Shown piece after piece: positions 40,989-50,429 of a stretch of 64,000 nucleotides of DNA. The stretch's first letter is position 1. Each line of letters begins with the position of its first letter. This DNA is from Candidatus Latescibacterota bacterium (GTDB taxonomy: Bacteria; Latescibacterota; UBA2968; GCA-2709665). Made by a program: the position numbers and the translations under genes. The DNA is taken from NCBI GenBank assembly GCA_965219455.1, contig OZ244744.1, positions 3,008,001 through 3,072,000 on the forward strand, read 5' to 3'. The notes beneath the pieces are model-generated. The model searched no databases. It was not told the DNA's origin and saw only the letters and a list, made by a program, of their open reading frames with translations.

Positions 40989-41128
40989 AAAACAAAAATC
41001 CCCGCCGTGGACCGGCAGGGACGCTCATCTCTTGACTTTGAATCCTTTGTTCAGCACGCAGGCAGCCGGTCGGTACGATGGGTATCGTACCGCCACCAGC
41101 TTCTGGAAATTTCAATGTGCGCAGCCAT
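40989..41128 (-). promoter_or_regulatory. Trp attenuator (leader peptide plus terminator) upstream of trpS
   Basis: Leader 41128..41051 MAAHIEISRSWWRYDTHRTDRLPAC* with RBS AAGGA; terminator TCCCTGCCG-GTCCA-CGGCGGGGA-TTTTTGTTTT. Confidence 0.85.
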
Positions 41129-41166
41129 CTCTTTTTCCTTTAGACAGAATTGTGAGGAACCGGTCA

Positions 41167-41195
41167 ACGATATCGAATTCTCATTCCCCTGTCAA
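41167..41195 (-). promoter_or_regulatory. Sigma70-type promoter for the trp leader-trpS unit
   Basis: TTGACA-17 bp-TATCGT about 40 bp upstream of the leader ATG. Confidence 0.6.
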
Positions 41196-41247
41196 GCAAA
41201 TTCTGCTTTTTCCGGTTTCTCCACGTGCGATTCGTCCGACGCAACGG

Positions 41248-42240
41248 CTACGTCCCGTCCCTCAACAGTTGCGCCATTTCCACGGCAAAGTAGGTCAGAA
41301 TCATATCCGCGCCCGCCCGCTTGATGGACGTCAGCGTTTCGACCATGGCGCGCTCCTTTTCCACCCATCCCCGCTGTGCGGCCGCCAGGACCATCCCGTA
41401 TTCGCCGGACACGTTGTACGCCGCAATGGGCGTGTCGAAACTCTCCTTCGCCCTTGCGATGACGTCGAGGTACGGCAGCGCCGGTTTCACCATCACCACG
41501 TCGGCTCCTTCCTGGATATCCAGTGCGATCTCTTTCATCGCTTCCCGAACGTTCGCCGGATCCATTTGATACGTCTTCTTGTCCTTTGGTACGCCACGGG
41601 CCTTCACCGGCGCGGACTTCAGCGCCCCTCTGAAGGGACCGTAGAAGCAGGATGCATATTTGGCGGAATAGGCCATAATGCCAACGTTGCGGAACCCAAG
41701 GTCGTCCAGCGCCACCCGGATGGCGCCAACGCGGCCGTCCATCATGTCCGACGGCGTCACCCAATCCACACCTGCTTCGGCGTGGGACAACGACATTCTG
41801 CACAGCACCCCGACACTCTCGTCGTTGGCGATCTCTCCGTCGATCAGCAGCCCGTCGTGCCCGTGCGTGGTATACGGATCCAGCGCCACGTCGGTCTGCA
41901 CGCAGAGGTCGGGAAGCGCAGCCTTCAGCGCCCGGACCGCCCTCTGGATCAACCCGTCCGGCTTGTACGCCATCGTGGCGCGCTCGTCCTTCTCCTCCGA
42001 ATAGCCGAACAGGTTCACGCCGCAGATTCCCAGGCCGAACACCGTCTCGCATTCCCGTACGAGTTCGTCGACCGAAAACCGGAACTGCCCCGGCATCGAG
42101 TCAATCGGCTCCCGCACGTTAACGCCTTCCGTGACAAACATGGGATAGATCAGATCCCCTGCGTTCAATACGGTTTCCCTGACCAGTGTCCGAATGGGCT
42201 CCGTGCGTCTCAACCGGCGGGGCCGATAGGTCAGTTCCAT
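41248..42240 (-). CDS. hemB: Porphobilinogen synthase (Asp-rich, non-Zn type)
   Basis: RPRRLR, DVALDPYTTHGHDG, PSDMMDGR, FYGPFR, VMVKPALPYLD, AYNVSGEY. Confidence 0.96.
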   Translation of the reverse strand: MELTYRPRRLRRTEPIRTLVRETVLNAGDLIYPMFVTEGVNVREPIDSMPGQFRFSVDELVRECETVFGLGICGVNLFGYSEEKDERATMAYKPDGLIQRAVRALKAALPDLCVQTDVALDPYTTHGHDGLLIDGEIANDESVGVLCRMSLSHAEAGVDWVTPSDMMDGRVGAIRVALDDLGFRNVGIMAYSAKYASCFYGPFRGALKSAPVKARGVPKDKKTYQMDPANVREAMKEIALDIQEGADVVMVKPALPYLDVIARAKESFDTPIAAYNVSGEYGMVLAAAQRGWVEKERAMVETLTSIKRAGADMILTYFAVEMAQLLRDGT

Positions 42241-42518
42241 AGTGTCACCCTTCGATTCGCAGCAGCGGCCTCGGGACCCGTCTAATGGCATCGCCGACAG
42301 CCCAGGTCGAACATTGTGGAAATTGTCTCGCGCGATGACGATCCACGCACAGTCAGAATGTAACCTCCCAGGTTCCGTTGTCAACCCCTGCGTATCCGGG
42401 AGAGATCAACGGCATCAGCGGTTGGCGGAAGCAACGACGCCGGAATTTCCTGACGGGGCCACACAAGACTGGCTTAAACACAATGCCAATCGATGAAAAA
42501 TCGTCGCATGAAATGCGA

Positions 42519-43001
42519 TCATCGTTGAACGACAACTTCCTTTCTCAACACAGAACCGTTGGGCTGGGACACCAGGAAGATCCAGGCGCCAACCCTCAAA
42601 GGCGGATAAATCTCGAAGGTGTGGTGTAATTCCACCATGTTGGCGGTACAGAAATCATACGACCAGACCCTTCCCCAAACGCTTATTTTGTACCCGACCA
42701 GATCGATTCTGGTTGTGTCAAAGTGGGAGAATTCGTGGCATCCATTGTGACCAACCCAGCCCTGAAATCGCACGCGCATGGTATCGGTGACGGCGAATGG
42801 AGATGTCGTGGGCATCAGCCTCGTTTGTTCACCGCTATCGGGTACGAGGACTTTCACGGGTGACACAACTGAAACGCTGTCGACTCTGATTTGAAACACT
42901 CGATAGTCGCGCTCCGACTTTAGGGGGTAGTCTTCACAATTCTGACTGGCGAGACCCACGAGGATCGTCAAGGAAATGAAGGCCACAAATCGGTTCTGCA
43001 C
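42519..43001 (-). CDS. Small secreted/lipoprotein, paralog 1 of 3
   Basis: Signal peptide then CEDYP; family motifs VDS..., GCHEFSHFD, YPPLRVGAWIFLVSQPNGSVLRKEV. Confidence 0.75.
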   Translation of the reverse strand: MQNRFVAFISLTILVGLASQNCEDYPLKSERDYRVFQIRVDSVSVVSPVKVLVPDSGEQTRLMPTTSPFAVTDTMRVRFQGWVGHNGCHEFSHFDTTRIDLVGYKISVWGRVWSYDFCTANMVELHHTFEIYPPLRVGAWIFLVSQPNGSVLRKEVVVQR

Positions 43002-43253
43002 GCCGGTCGCTCCTTTCTCGTCCCTTTTCTTATGCGCTGTCGCCGGCATCGCGTGATCGGGCTGACGGGGCTTGTCGCTCGAGGCAATATGCTATGCCGC
43101 AGAGTATCGTGTAAGCGGCTGCGGGAGCAACTGGCTTTCCTTACTTTCCTGGTCTGCACCAACCGGCAACCGGCCGGGATTATCGGGATGCCCGGCATTA
43201 AATGATCCTCGGTGCTTCAATTCAGGGCCCGCTACCGGAGAAGACTCCAGGAT

Positions 43254-45356
43254 CTATTCAGTAGACTTCGGGAACAGAACAATCGGTGGACCCACGGCGG
43301 TCAGGATACCGTGGTAGTTTGTGTAGCCATCATCTCGCACTGGAATTTCGGGCGCAGCGCCCGGACTCACCGTCGTCGGTTCGCTCCCGGTCCGGGTCAC
43401 GACAAAGGACTCGCTCTCGATGTGCCCCTTCAGAATAGTCGCCGTCGAGTCGGAAATGCTACCTGCTTGTACCGCCAGATTGACGGTCATATCGAAAGGG
43501 GCGCCCTCCGCGACCCGGGCGACCACCGTCGCCGGTCCTGGCGCGGATGTGTTCAGGTTGTCGGTGCGCTCCAACTCTATCGTCAACGTAAAGGGAGCCC
43601 CCGGGTTATTGCCAATCGATAACAACCCCAGGTTGTACAGACCAGAGAACATGCCCTCGGGTAGCGTGCTCAAATTGTTGTCACTAAGCACAAGTGCGCG
43701 CAGGCTGTCAAGGCCCGAGAACGCAGCCGCAGGCAGAGCTATCAGACTGTTGTTAAATAGCCAGACCGCTTGCAACTTCTTCAGGCCCGAGAATACGCCC
43801 TCAGGCAACGTCGTCAGTTCGTTTTCGCTGAGCATCAGAACTCGCAAATTGGAAAGGCCGGAAAAAGCGCCTCCTTGTACCGTGCTTATAGCGTTTCGAA
43901 AAAGCGACAGCGTTTCCAGCCTACCCATCCCATTGAATACACCGTCAACCAGTGTACCCAATTCGTTATCTTCCAGCATCAGGGTGCGCACGCTGTTAAG
44001 GCCGGCAAACGCACCCGCTGGCAGTGTGTGCAGGACATTTTTCCGTAGTTCCAGTCTTTCCAGACGGGTTTGGTCGGAAAACAGACCCGCAGGCAGCGTG
44101 CCCAGAGCATTTGCATCAAGAAACAGGCTGCGAAGTGCAGACAGGCCGGCAAAGACACCCACCGGCAGTGATTCCAGGTTGTTGTTTTTGAACACCAGCG
44201 TACGCAGGCTGTCCAATCCGGAAAACATACCTACCGGCAGCGCACTGAGAGAATTGTTCTTCAGGCTGAGCCTTCGTAGACTGGCCAGATCGCTGAAGAT
44301 GCCTTCAGGCAGCGTTTCCAGATTGTTTCCGGATAGCGCCAATCCCCTCAAATTGGACAATCCTGAAAACGCACCTTCGGGCAGCGACGTCAGTCTGTTG
44401 TAGCGAAGCTCCAGGATCTTCAGGCTGTCCAGGCCTGCAAATGTACCTTCCGGAAGCGTCGTGAGATCATTGCTGGAAAGCTCCAGACCCTTCAGATTAG
44501 AGAGGTTGGCGAAATCACCTTCCCGAAAGCCGTTAATGCACTCGTAAACCAGAACCAGGCCCTGGATCGACGCGAGGTGCTCCCGTGTTACGAGGGCGCA
44601 ATTGTCCACGTCCGATAGCGCTCTCAGGATGGCGTGGCGCACCTGTGACGTCCGGCCGCAAATTGCGCCATTGCTCTCGCCTACCAGCTTTCCGAAATTA
44701 CCCGCAAAGATTACGAAATCGCCAAATCCAACGGTGTCATCGTCGTCCAGATCAAATCCCGCATCAAACTGCTCATCGCCAGACGATCTACCAAACGCGC
44801 CGGCGAAGGCGATGAAATCTGCAAATCCTACCCGTCCATCGCCGTCAAAATCCGATGCAACGGCACCTTCAGGTCCAGTGTCATCGACATAGTCGGGACA
44901 GTATCCCAGGGTGCCGATCTGATTGGGTTCCGCGAATTCGACTCCCGGAAGGTGTTGCAGTTCTTCGGATATCGCTGCCCGGTCCGCGCCATGGGGAAAT
45001 CTTATCTTGTATGTTCTGCTGGATTCTGCGTCAGGAAATACTTTAATCAAAATCTCCGGCGCGTGCCTGTCGAGCGCATTCCTTAGAGCCGGATGGACAT
45101 TCTCGAATTCGTGCCATTGCGCAACGGTCTTACCTTCCGGAAAGTCCATGATTCCGGGCGCGACCGCGATCAGTACTTCCCGGGCGGCGTCCTCGAGTGT
45201 CGACAGCAGAGCCGCAGGGGTCTCACTCGGCGGCACATAGGGACGCTGCGTGTCGTTGGACGCGGATAGATCTGCATACCATACGAGAATAAGACCCAGC
45301 ACGACGATGCAGAATGGCAGGGAAAGGAGAACCGGGATGTTCGAAGCAGATTTCAT
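43254..45356 (-). CDS. Secreted leucine-rich-repeat protein with propeptide-like and EF-hand/dockerin-like modules
   Basis: About 14 typical 24-aa LRRs (LxxLxLxxNxLxxLPxGxFxG); DFDGDGRVGFADF and DLDDDDTVGFGDF; LPGVEFAEPN. Confidence 0.88.
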   Translation of the reverse strand: MKSASNIPVLLSLPFCIVVLGLILVWYADLSASNDTQRPYVPPSETPAALLSTLEDAAREVLIAVAPGIMDFPEGKTVAQWHEFENVHPALRNALDRHAPEILIKVFPDAESSRTYKIRFPHGADRAAISEELQHLPGVEFAEPNQIGTLGYCPDYVDDTGPEGAVASDFDGDGRVGFADFIAFAGAFGRSSGDEQFDAGFDLDDDDTVGFGDFVIFAGNFGKLVGESNGAICGRTSQVRHAILRALSDVDNCALVTREHLASIQGLVLVYECINGFREGDFANLSNLKGLELSSNDLTTLPEGTFAGLDSLKILELRYNRLTSLPEGAFSGLSNLRGLALSGNNLETLPEGIFSDLASLRRLSLKNNSLSALPVGMFSGLDSLRTLVFKNNNLESLPVGVFAGLSALRSLFLDANALGTLPAGLFSDQTRLERLELRKNVLHTLPAGAFAGLNSVRTLMLEDNELGTLVDGVFNGMGRLETLSLFRNAISTVQGGAFSGLSNLRVLMLSENELTTLPEGVFSGLKKLQAVWLFNNSLIALPAAAFSGLDSLRALVLSDNNLSTLPEGMFSGLYNLGLLSIGNNPGAPFTLTIELERTDNLNTSAPGPATVVARVAEGAPFDMTVNLAVQAGSISDSTATILKGHIESESFVVTRTGSEPTTVSPGAAPEIPVRDDGYTNYHGILTAVGPPIVLFPKSTE

Positions 45357-45832
45357 CGCGCGACAACTTCCTTTCGCAACACAGAGCCATCGGGCTGGGA
45401 CACCAGTAAGATCCAGGTGCCCTTCCTCAAGGGCGGATAAATCTCCAAGACGTGACGTAATACTATAAGTAACTGGAAACAGCCAACACCCGACTGTTCC
45501 TTACCCCAAACGCTCACTTTGTACCCGGCCATATCGATTTTCGTTACGTCAAAATGGGAAAATTGGTGACAACCATTGGGACCGATCCAACCATGAAACT
45601 GGACTCTCAAGGTATCTGTGACGGTCAATGGAGACTTCGAGGGCAGCCACCAGGTAACTTCACCATAACCTGGTCTGACGACCCTCAAGGGAGACACAAC
45701 TGAAACGCTGTCGACCTTTATCTGAAAGTACCGAAAATCACGATCCGACTTCAGCGGGTAGTAGTCGCACGCCAGGCAGGTCAGATTCACCACGATTGTT
45801 AAGGAGACTGAAGCCGCGGTCCTTCCTTTCAT
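45353..45832 (-). CDS. Small lipoprotein, paralog 2 of 3
   Basis: LTCLAC lipobox; same motifs; ATGA-coupled to the LRR gene. Confidence 0.78.
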   Translation of the reverse strand: MKGRTAASVSLTIVVNLTCLACDYYPLKSDRDFRYFQIKVDSVSVVSPLRVVRPGYGEVTWWLPSKSPLTVTDTLRVQFHGWIGPNGCHQFSHFDVTKIDMAGYKVSVWGKEQSGVGCFQLLIVLRHVLEIYPPLRKGTWILLVSQPDGSVLRKEVVAR

Positions 45833-46006
45833 GACCGACTTTCCTTTCGGCTGAACCGGTAAGGATTCAGTTTCTGCAAATTCCCCGCGTCGGACTTGCC
45901 CACTTTCTCCTGACCTGGCGATGGAGACTCCCGACCGAACGGAAAAGAAAAAACGAGGTAAAGCAGGTTTGAAGCGGCAAAGTGTCAGGCGAGTCCGGGG
46001 TATCCA

Positions 46007-46480
46007 TTACCGGATCACAGCCTCCTTTCTCAACACAGAACCGTTGGGCTGGGACACCAGGAAGACCCAGGCGCCAACCCTAAGTGGCGGAAGAAAATTC
46101 AGGACGAGGGTTCCCCTCATCCTCAAGGCCGGGGCTGCACAGCCTCTATTGGGACGGATATCTTCCTTTCCCCATACGCGCACCCTGTATCCGATCGGAT
46201 CGATTCTGGTCGTGTCAATATGAGAAAATTCGTGGCAAGGAGAAAACTCGTAGTTCCCCTGGGGGCCTATGCTGCCAAAAAAGTGAACCCACATGGTGTC
46301 ACTCACCGCCAGAGGCGCCCTGGTGTCATTCGCCCCATAACGCGCCGTAACCGTCAGACTGTCTACCTTGATGAGGTAAGGTCGAAAAACAGGATCGGAC
46401 CCGGAAGGATAGTCGCATCCCGTGCCGGACAGACCCGCGAGTATCGTCAGCGTGACCAGAGTCGCGACCTTTCCTGCCAT
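46007..46480 (-). CDS. Small lipoprotein, paralog 3 of 3
   Basis: MAGKVATLVTLTILAGLSGTGC; same C-terminal PPLRVGAWVFLVSQPNGSVLRKE. Confidence 0.78.
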   Translation of the reverse strand: MAGKVATLVTLTILAGLSGTGCDYPSGSDPVFRPYLIKVDSLTVTARYGANDTRAPLAVSDTMWVHFFGSIGPQGNYEFSPCHEFSHIDTTRIDPIGYRVRVWGKEDIRPNRGCAAPALRMRGTLVLNFLPPLRVGAWVFLVSQPNGSVLRKEAVIR

Positions 46481-46642
46481 GGCCGATGCTCCTGTCTTTA
46501 ACAGTCTTACATCGAACGTACGGTCGGGCGGGGTCCTTCGTGGATTGAACGGCGGCGCTACGCCCAACCATCCGCCGCAATTAAAAAAAACTGAATTATA
46601 TGTTTCCAGGCAAGGGGGAAGTCGATTTTCACACCACAGTAC

Positions 46643-46790
46643 GCCTGCGTTGACGGCGCGCACCTGGAAGGTGTATGTGGTTCCGTTCGTCAGGCCCGTC
46701 TTTGTGTATCTCGTCGTCGTGGCGCCGCTACCGGATATATTCGTCCAATCCGGGGACCAGGTCGTTTTCCGCCATGAGCATTGCGATACT
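46643..46790 (-). pseudogene. Fibronectin type III domain fragment
   Basis: WSPDWTNISGSGATTTRYTKTGLTNGTTYTFQVRAVNAG with no full gene around it. Confidence 0.7.
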
Positions 46791-47297
46791 CGGATTCGTT
46801 TCTCGGGAGGTTCCGGAAAGGACCCTGAACCGATGCAATTGACATTGCAGGACGAGACCTCTATATTTCAAAACGAGGGCCGCATCCTGTCTCAGAGCGC
46901 AAAAGCGCCGGGGACAAAAAGGGTGTGCGCCTTCCTGGAGGACCGTCGGTTTTCGACTCTGGCCGGTCAGGGAACCGACGGTCTCTTTATGTAGCGGTAT
47001 AGTACCTCAACGACGAATTACAATGCGTGTTCGTGCCAGGTGCGAAACACAACGCGAAAAATATAACTATTAATCATTCTTAATGCAAATATTAATATAT
47101 TTACGTTTTAATCTACTTTTTCCGTATTTATACACATACATGACAGCATGTCGTCTGCAATCTATTGCATGTCGCACGCGAAGGTTTCCGCGTAAATTGG
47201 ACAAGAGGCGATGGAACGGTTCACATCGTCGCGCAAGCCGGCACAGGTAGCACCGGCTTCGAGCAAGCAAAGGGCCGAGGAATCCCGGAATCGACGC

Positions 47298-47465
47298 TTA
47301 ACAGCCCGTTGAAAAAGTCCATCTGGGCTGCGTCCGGCCCTTGTGGCCGAATTACTGCGTTGCACTCCCTTCCCGAATCCCCCGATTCGACGCGGTCGCG
47401 CGCCTTGTCTTCGGTCACAATGACTCGGCCTCGCCTACAGAGCGACTTTATCAACGGACTGTTAA
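47298..47465. mobile_element. MITE-like element with about 22-bp terminal inverted repeats, bounded by TTAA
   Basis: TTAACAGCCCGTTGAAAAAGTC ... GACTTTATCAACGGACTGTTAA (2 mismatches); non-coding interior. Confidence 0.7.
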
Positions 47466-47662
47466 CCTTGATTCGTCGTTTTTTGGGGACCTTAAATCGA
47501 ATATACACAGAAGAACAAAGGCGATTTGACGTCGGAGTTCCAGGATGTTTAAGGTCACTGGACGTGAACGGAGAAAACGTCCAATTGGACGACCTCAATA
47601 CCCCGTTTCTGCAGCTTTCGCCGTGGTGTCGCCTTGTTGGATTTTTGGAATTAAGGCTAATT

Positions 47663-47799
47663 GCCACAAAAGGCACAAAAACAGCTATCCTGTTGCAGGG
47701 CGTATAGCCGAGAGACAACGAAATAACTGCAGGATCACGGAGTTACGACACACGCCGTTTCGCACCGATACCTTTTGTGCCTTTTGTGCGTTTTGTGGC
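47663..47799. repeat. Inverted pair of short tandem units (GCCACAAAAGGCACAAAA / TTTTGTGCGTTTTGTGGC)
   Basis: 18-bp arms with 1 mismatch, built from 9-bp units. Confidence 0.6.
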
Positions 47800-47953
47800 C
47801 AATTTATCGGTTATCTTTTTTCGAATTGAGGTTAAATGCAGTGGAATGCAAAGGCAATACATGCCATCGTTCATCCCAATTCGGACAGATCCAATTCATT
47901 CAGCCATCGCCGGCGCGGGCGATTCGATCCCGCACACGAAAAGGGAGCCATCC

Positions 47954-50281
47954 ATGGACCTTGCTAGATTCCAGGACGACACGGTAATCTCGGAACAGCT
48001 TCTTGTCGAATCCGTGCACGAAGAGAACGTCGATCTACCCGTGGACGCGGGGGATTGGCGCCGCGTGAATGAAATTCGCGCCGACGTCCTTCTCCCGCCC
48101 AACGCGGACGGCCAGATCCGGTGCCGGTTGACGTCGGGCAATCGCACGGAGGGCATGAGCGAGGACGATGGTTATCAGTTCAACGCCATCGTCTCCCCGC
48201 GCGGCGGCAACATCTGGGAGGGATGGCGGGAATTCCGGTTCCCCGCCGGGTGTTTCTATACGCAGGGGATGCCTTCTGGATGGAAGCAAACGAGATCGGC
48301 AACGGTGAACGGGCCTGAAGGAAGCCGGTTTCGCAACATTCGCCTGGTGGAACGCGACGTCACGTCTGGCCCCAGGTTGACGGATGAGCAACTCATCGCG
48401 GAACTGAATCTAAATCACCCCGGCCTGGAAGCGGCAAAAGGGGCATCCGCCGGATCTGTTTTGCCTGAAGTCGCGGCATATTTCCGATCCGGCGACTTCG
48501 ACCGGGAACTGATTCGGAGTGAACAGACGCCGACGGCCGATCTCGATCAGGCCGATCGAATCCTGGAAGGCCGGGTCCTGGGCCAGGACTGGTCCGCGGA
48601 AATCGACTGGGAAGCCAATCCCACCGGCTATATCGAATGGACCCTTGCCATCCACTATCTCCTGTTCCTCAGGCCGGCAATCGACGCGTTTTGGGAAACC
48701 GGACAGGCGAAATACGCAAAGGGTATTGAACGGTACATCGCGGACTGGATGCGGCGCTGCCCGGTACCCTGCGGCGTTCGTGCCGGCGGATACCCCTGGG
48801 GCCATTCGCTGGTGGTGGCCATTCGTCCCTTCAGCACGCTCGTGGACGTCTTCCGCGTCCTGTGCGCATGTCCGGAAACCGACGACGCCTCGATAATTGA
48901 CATGCTCAAATCCATTTACGAGCACCAAGCCTACCTGTTAAAGTTCCAGTCCTATCCGCCCTCCAACAAGACCATTGCGGAAGCCCGCACCATTGGCGCG
49001 CTGGGCTGCGCTTTTCCCGAGTTCAGGGACGCCGCATCCTGGCGGGAAGAGGGATATCGCAGGCTGCTGGACGACATGCGCATACAGGTGATGGCCGACG
49101 GGGCATCGTACGAACTCACCCCGGGTTACCAGATGGGCATTGCCACCTGGTTCCTGGAGTCGTTGCAGGTGGCGCGGAAATTCAACCATCCGCTCGACCC
49201 CAAACTGGAGGCCGGCATTCGATCGATGTTCGACTGGTGCGTGGCCATCACCCGACCGGATTTCACCCATCCCTCCGTATCCGACGCCGGAAGCCTGGAT
49301 TCGAAATATGCAGACTCCCTCGTTCGCCCCGGCCGCATTTTCGACAATCCGGCCGCGGTATGGGTGGGCACCGATGGTCGCGAGGGCGCCCCGCCCGCCT
49401 ACAGTTCGATCGCCCTCCGGGACTCGGGCTACTTTATTATGCGAAGCGGCTGGGATCGGAACGCCCGATATCTCTTCTTCGAGGGCGGCCCCTACGGACG
49501 CTGGCACCAGCACGAAGACAAGCTCAGCTTCGAAGTCTACGCGCATGGCACCCCCTACATTGTGGATCCCGGCATCACGTCTTATTACACCAACCCGTGG
49601 ACCCGGTTCTATACCACAACGCAGGCGCACAATACCGTCCTTGTGGACGGTCGGCCACAGGCGCGGGGCCGCAATCAAACCATCGAACAGTGGACCGAAT
49701 CCGCGCGCGATACGACGTTCTGGCATTCGGATGACCATTCCGACGTCGCCGTGGCAAGCTATGACGCACCCTACGCGGACCTGGATACGCCGGTCCGGCA
49801 CCGCCGAGCCGTGCTTTTTGTCAAACCGGACTATTTCGTCATTTTCGATGAGCTGACCGGCGAGGGCAGGCATACGTACGAGGCGTTTTTCCACTTTATG
49901 CCGTTCCGTCTTCTTGTTGATCCCGACACCGGCGCCGTCCGTACGGGGCGCATGAATGCGCCCAACCTGGAACTCCTTCCCCTGGTCAGGATGACGCCCC
50001 GGTTGATTTGCGGCCGGAACGAACCGGTGCAGGGCTGGTTGGCCATCGGCGGGCAGGACGTGCCGGCGCCCGTGGCCGTCTACAAGAGACGGACCCAACT
50101 CCCGTTCCGAACAGGATACGTGATATACCCGTTTGGCGCAGACCGCGTCACCGCCGGAATCACGACAAAAACCATCCGACGCGCGAACGTTTGGACGGTC
50201 AATATCGACCATGCCGGCGGTGGACGGGACCGCGTGCGCATGGACTGGGATGACGAACGGGGACCGGTATTGCTGCGGTGA
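47954..50281 (+). CDS. Heparinase II/III family polysaccharide lyase
   Basis: DGASYELTPGYQ, SGYFIMRSGW, HQHEDKLSF, IVDPG, AHNTVLVDG. Confidence 0.88.
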   Translation: MDLARFQDDTVISEQLLVESVHEENVDLPVDAGDWRRVNEIRADVLLPPNADGQIRCRLTSGNRTEGMSEDDGYQFNAIVSPRGGNIWEGWREFRFPAGCFYTQGMPSGWKQTRSATVNGPEGSRFRNIRLVERDVTSGPRLTDEQLIAELNLNHPGLEAAKGASAGSVLPEVAAYFRSGDFDRELIRSEQTPTADLDQADRILEGRVLGQDWSAEIDWEANPTGYIEWTLAIHYLLFLRPAIDAFWETGQAKYAKGIERYIADWMRRCPVPCGVRAGGYPWGHSLVVAIRPFSTLVDVFRVLCACPETDDASIIDMLKSIYEHQAYLLKFQSYPPSNKTIAEARTIGALGCAFPEFRDAASWREEGYRRLLDDMRIQVMADGASYELTPGYQMGIATWFLESLQVARKFNHPLDPKLEAGIRSMFDWCVAITRPDFTHPSVSDAGSLDSKYADSLVRPGRIFDNPAAVWVGTDGREGAPPAYSSIALRDSGYFIMRSGWDRNARYLFFEGGPYGRWHQHEDKLSFEVYAHGTPYIVDPGITSYYTNPWTRFYTTTQAHNTVLVDGRPQARGRNQTIEQWTESARDTTFWHSDDHSDVAVASYDAPYADLDTPVRHRRAVLFVKPDYFVIFDELTGEGRHTYEAFFHFMPFRLLVDPDTGAVRTGRMNAPNLELLPLVRMTPRLICGRNEPVQGWLAIGGQDVPAPVAVYKRRTQLPFRTGYVIYPFGADRVTAGITTKTIRRANVWTVNIDHAGGGRDRVRMDWDDERGPVLLR

Positions 50282-50310
50282 TATGGTCATCTGAAGGTCT
50301 TCAAAAAACC

Positions 50311-50346
50311 GAAAAGGACGGTCCGTTAACGGAATCCGTCCTTTTC
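50311..50346. terminator. Bidirectional hairpin between convergent genes
   Basis: GAAAAGGACGG...CCGTCCTTTTC. Confidence 0.6.
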
Positions 50347-50429
50347 TCTTCGATCTTGAACCACACTCTCATGTGTGGATGCGGGCCCGTCTGTGAAGGC
50401 CTCTCATTTGTTATTGACTGTCGCCTGGA

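Noticed and set aside
43600-44560. Periodic 72-bp DNA similarity suggesting a CRISPR or tandem array
   Set aside because: It is the coding periodicity of 24-aa LRRs; no identical repeats with spacers and no cas genes.
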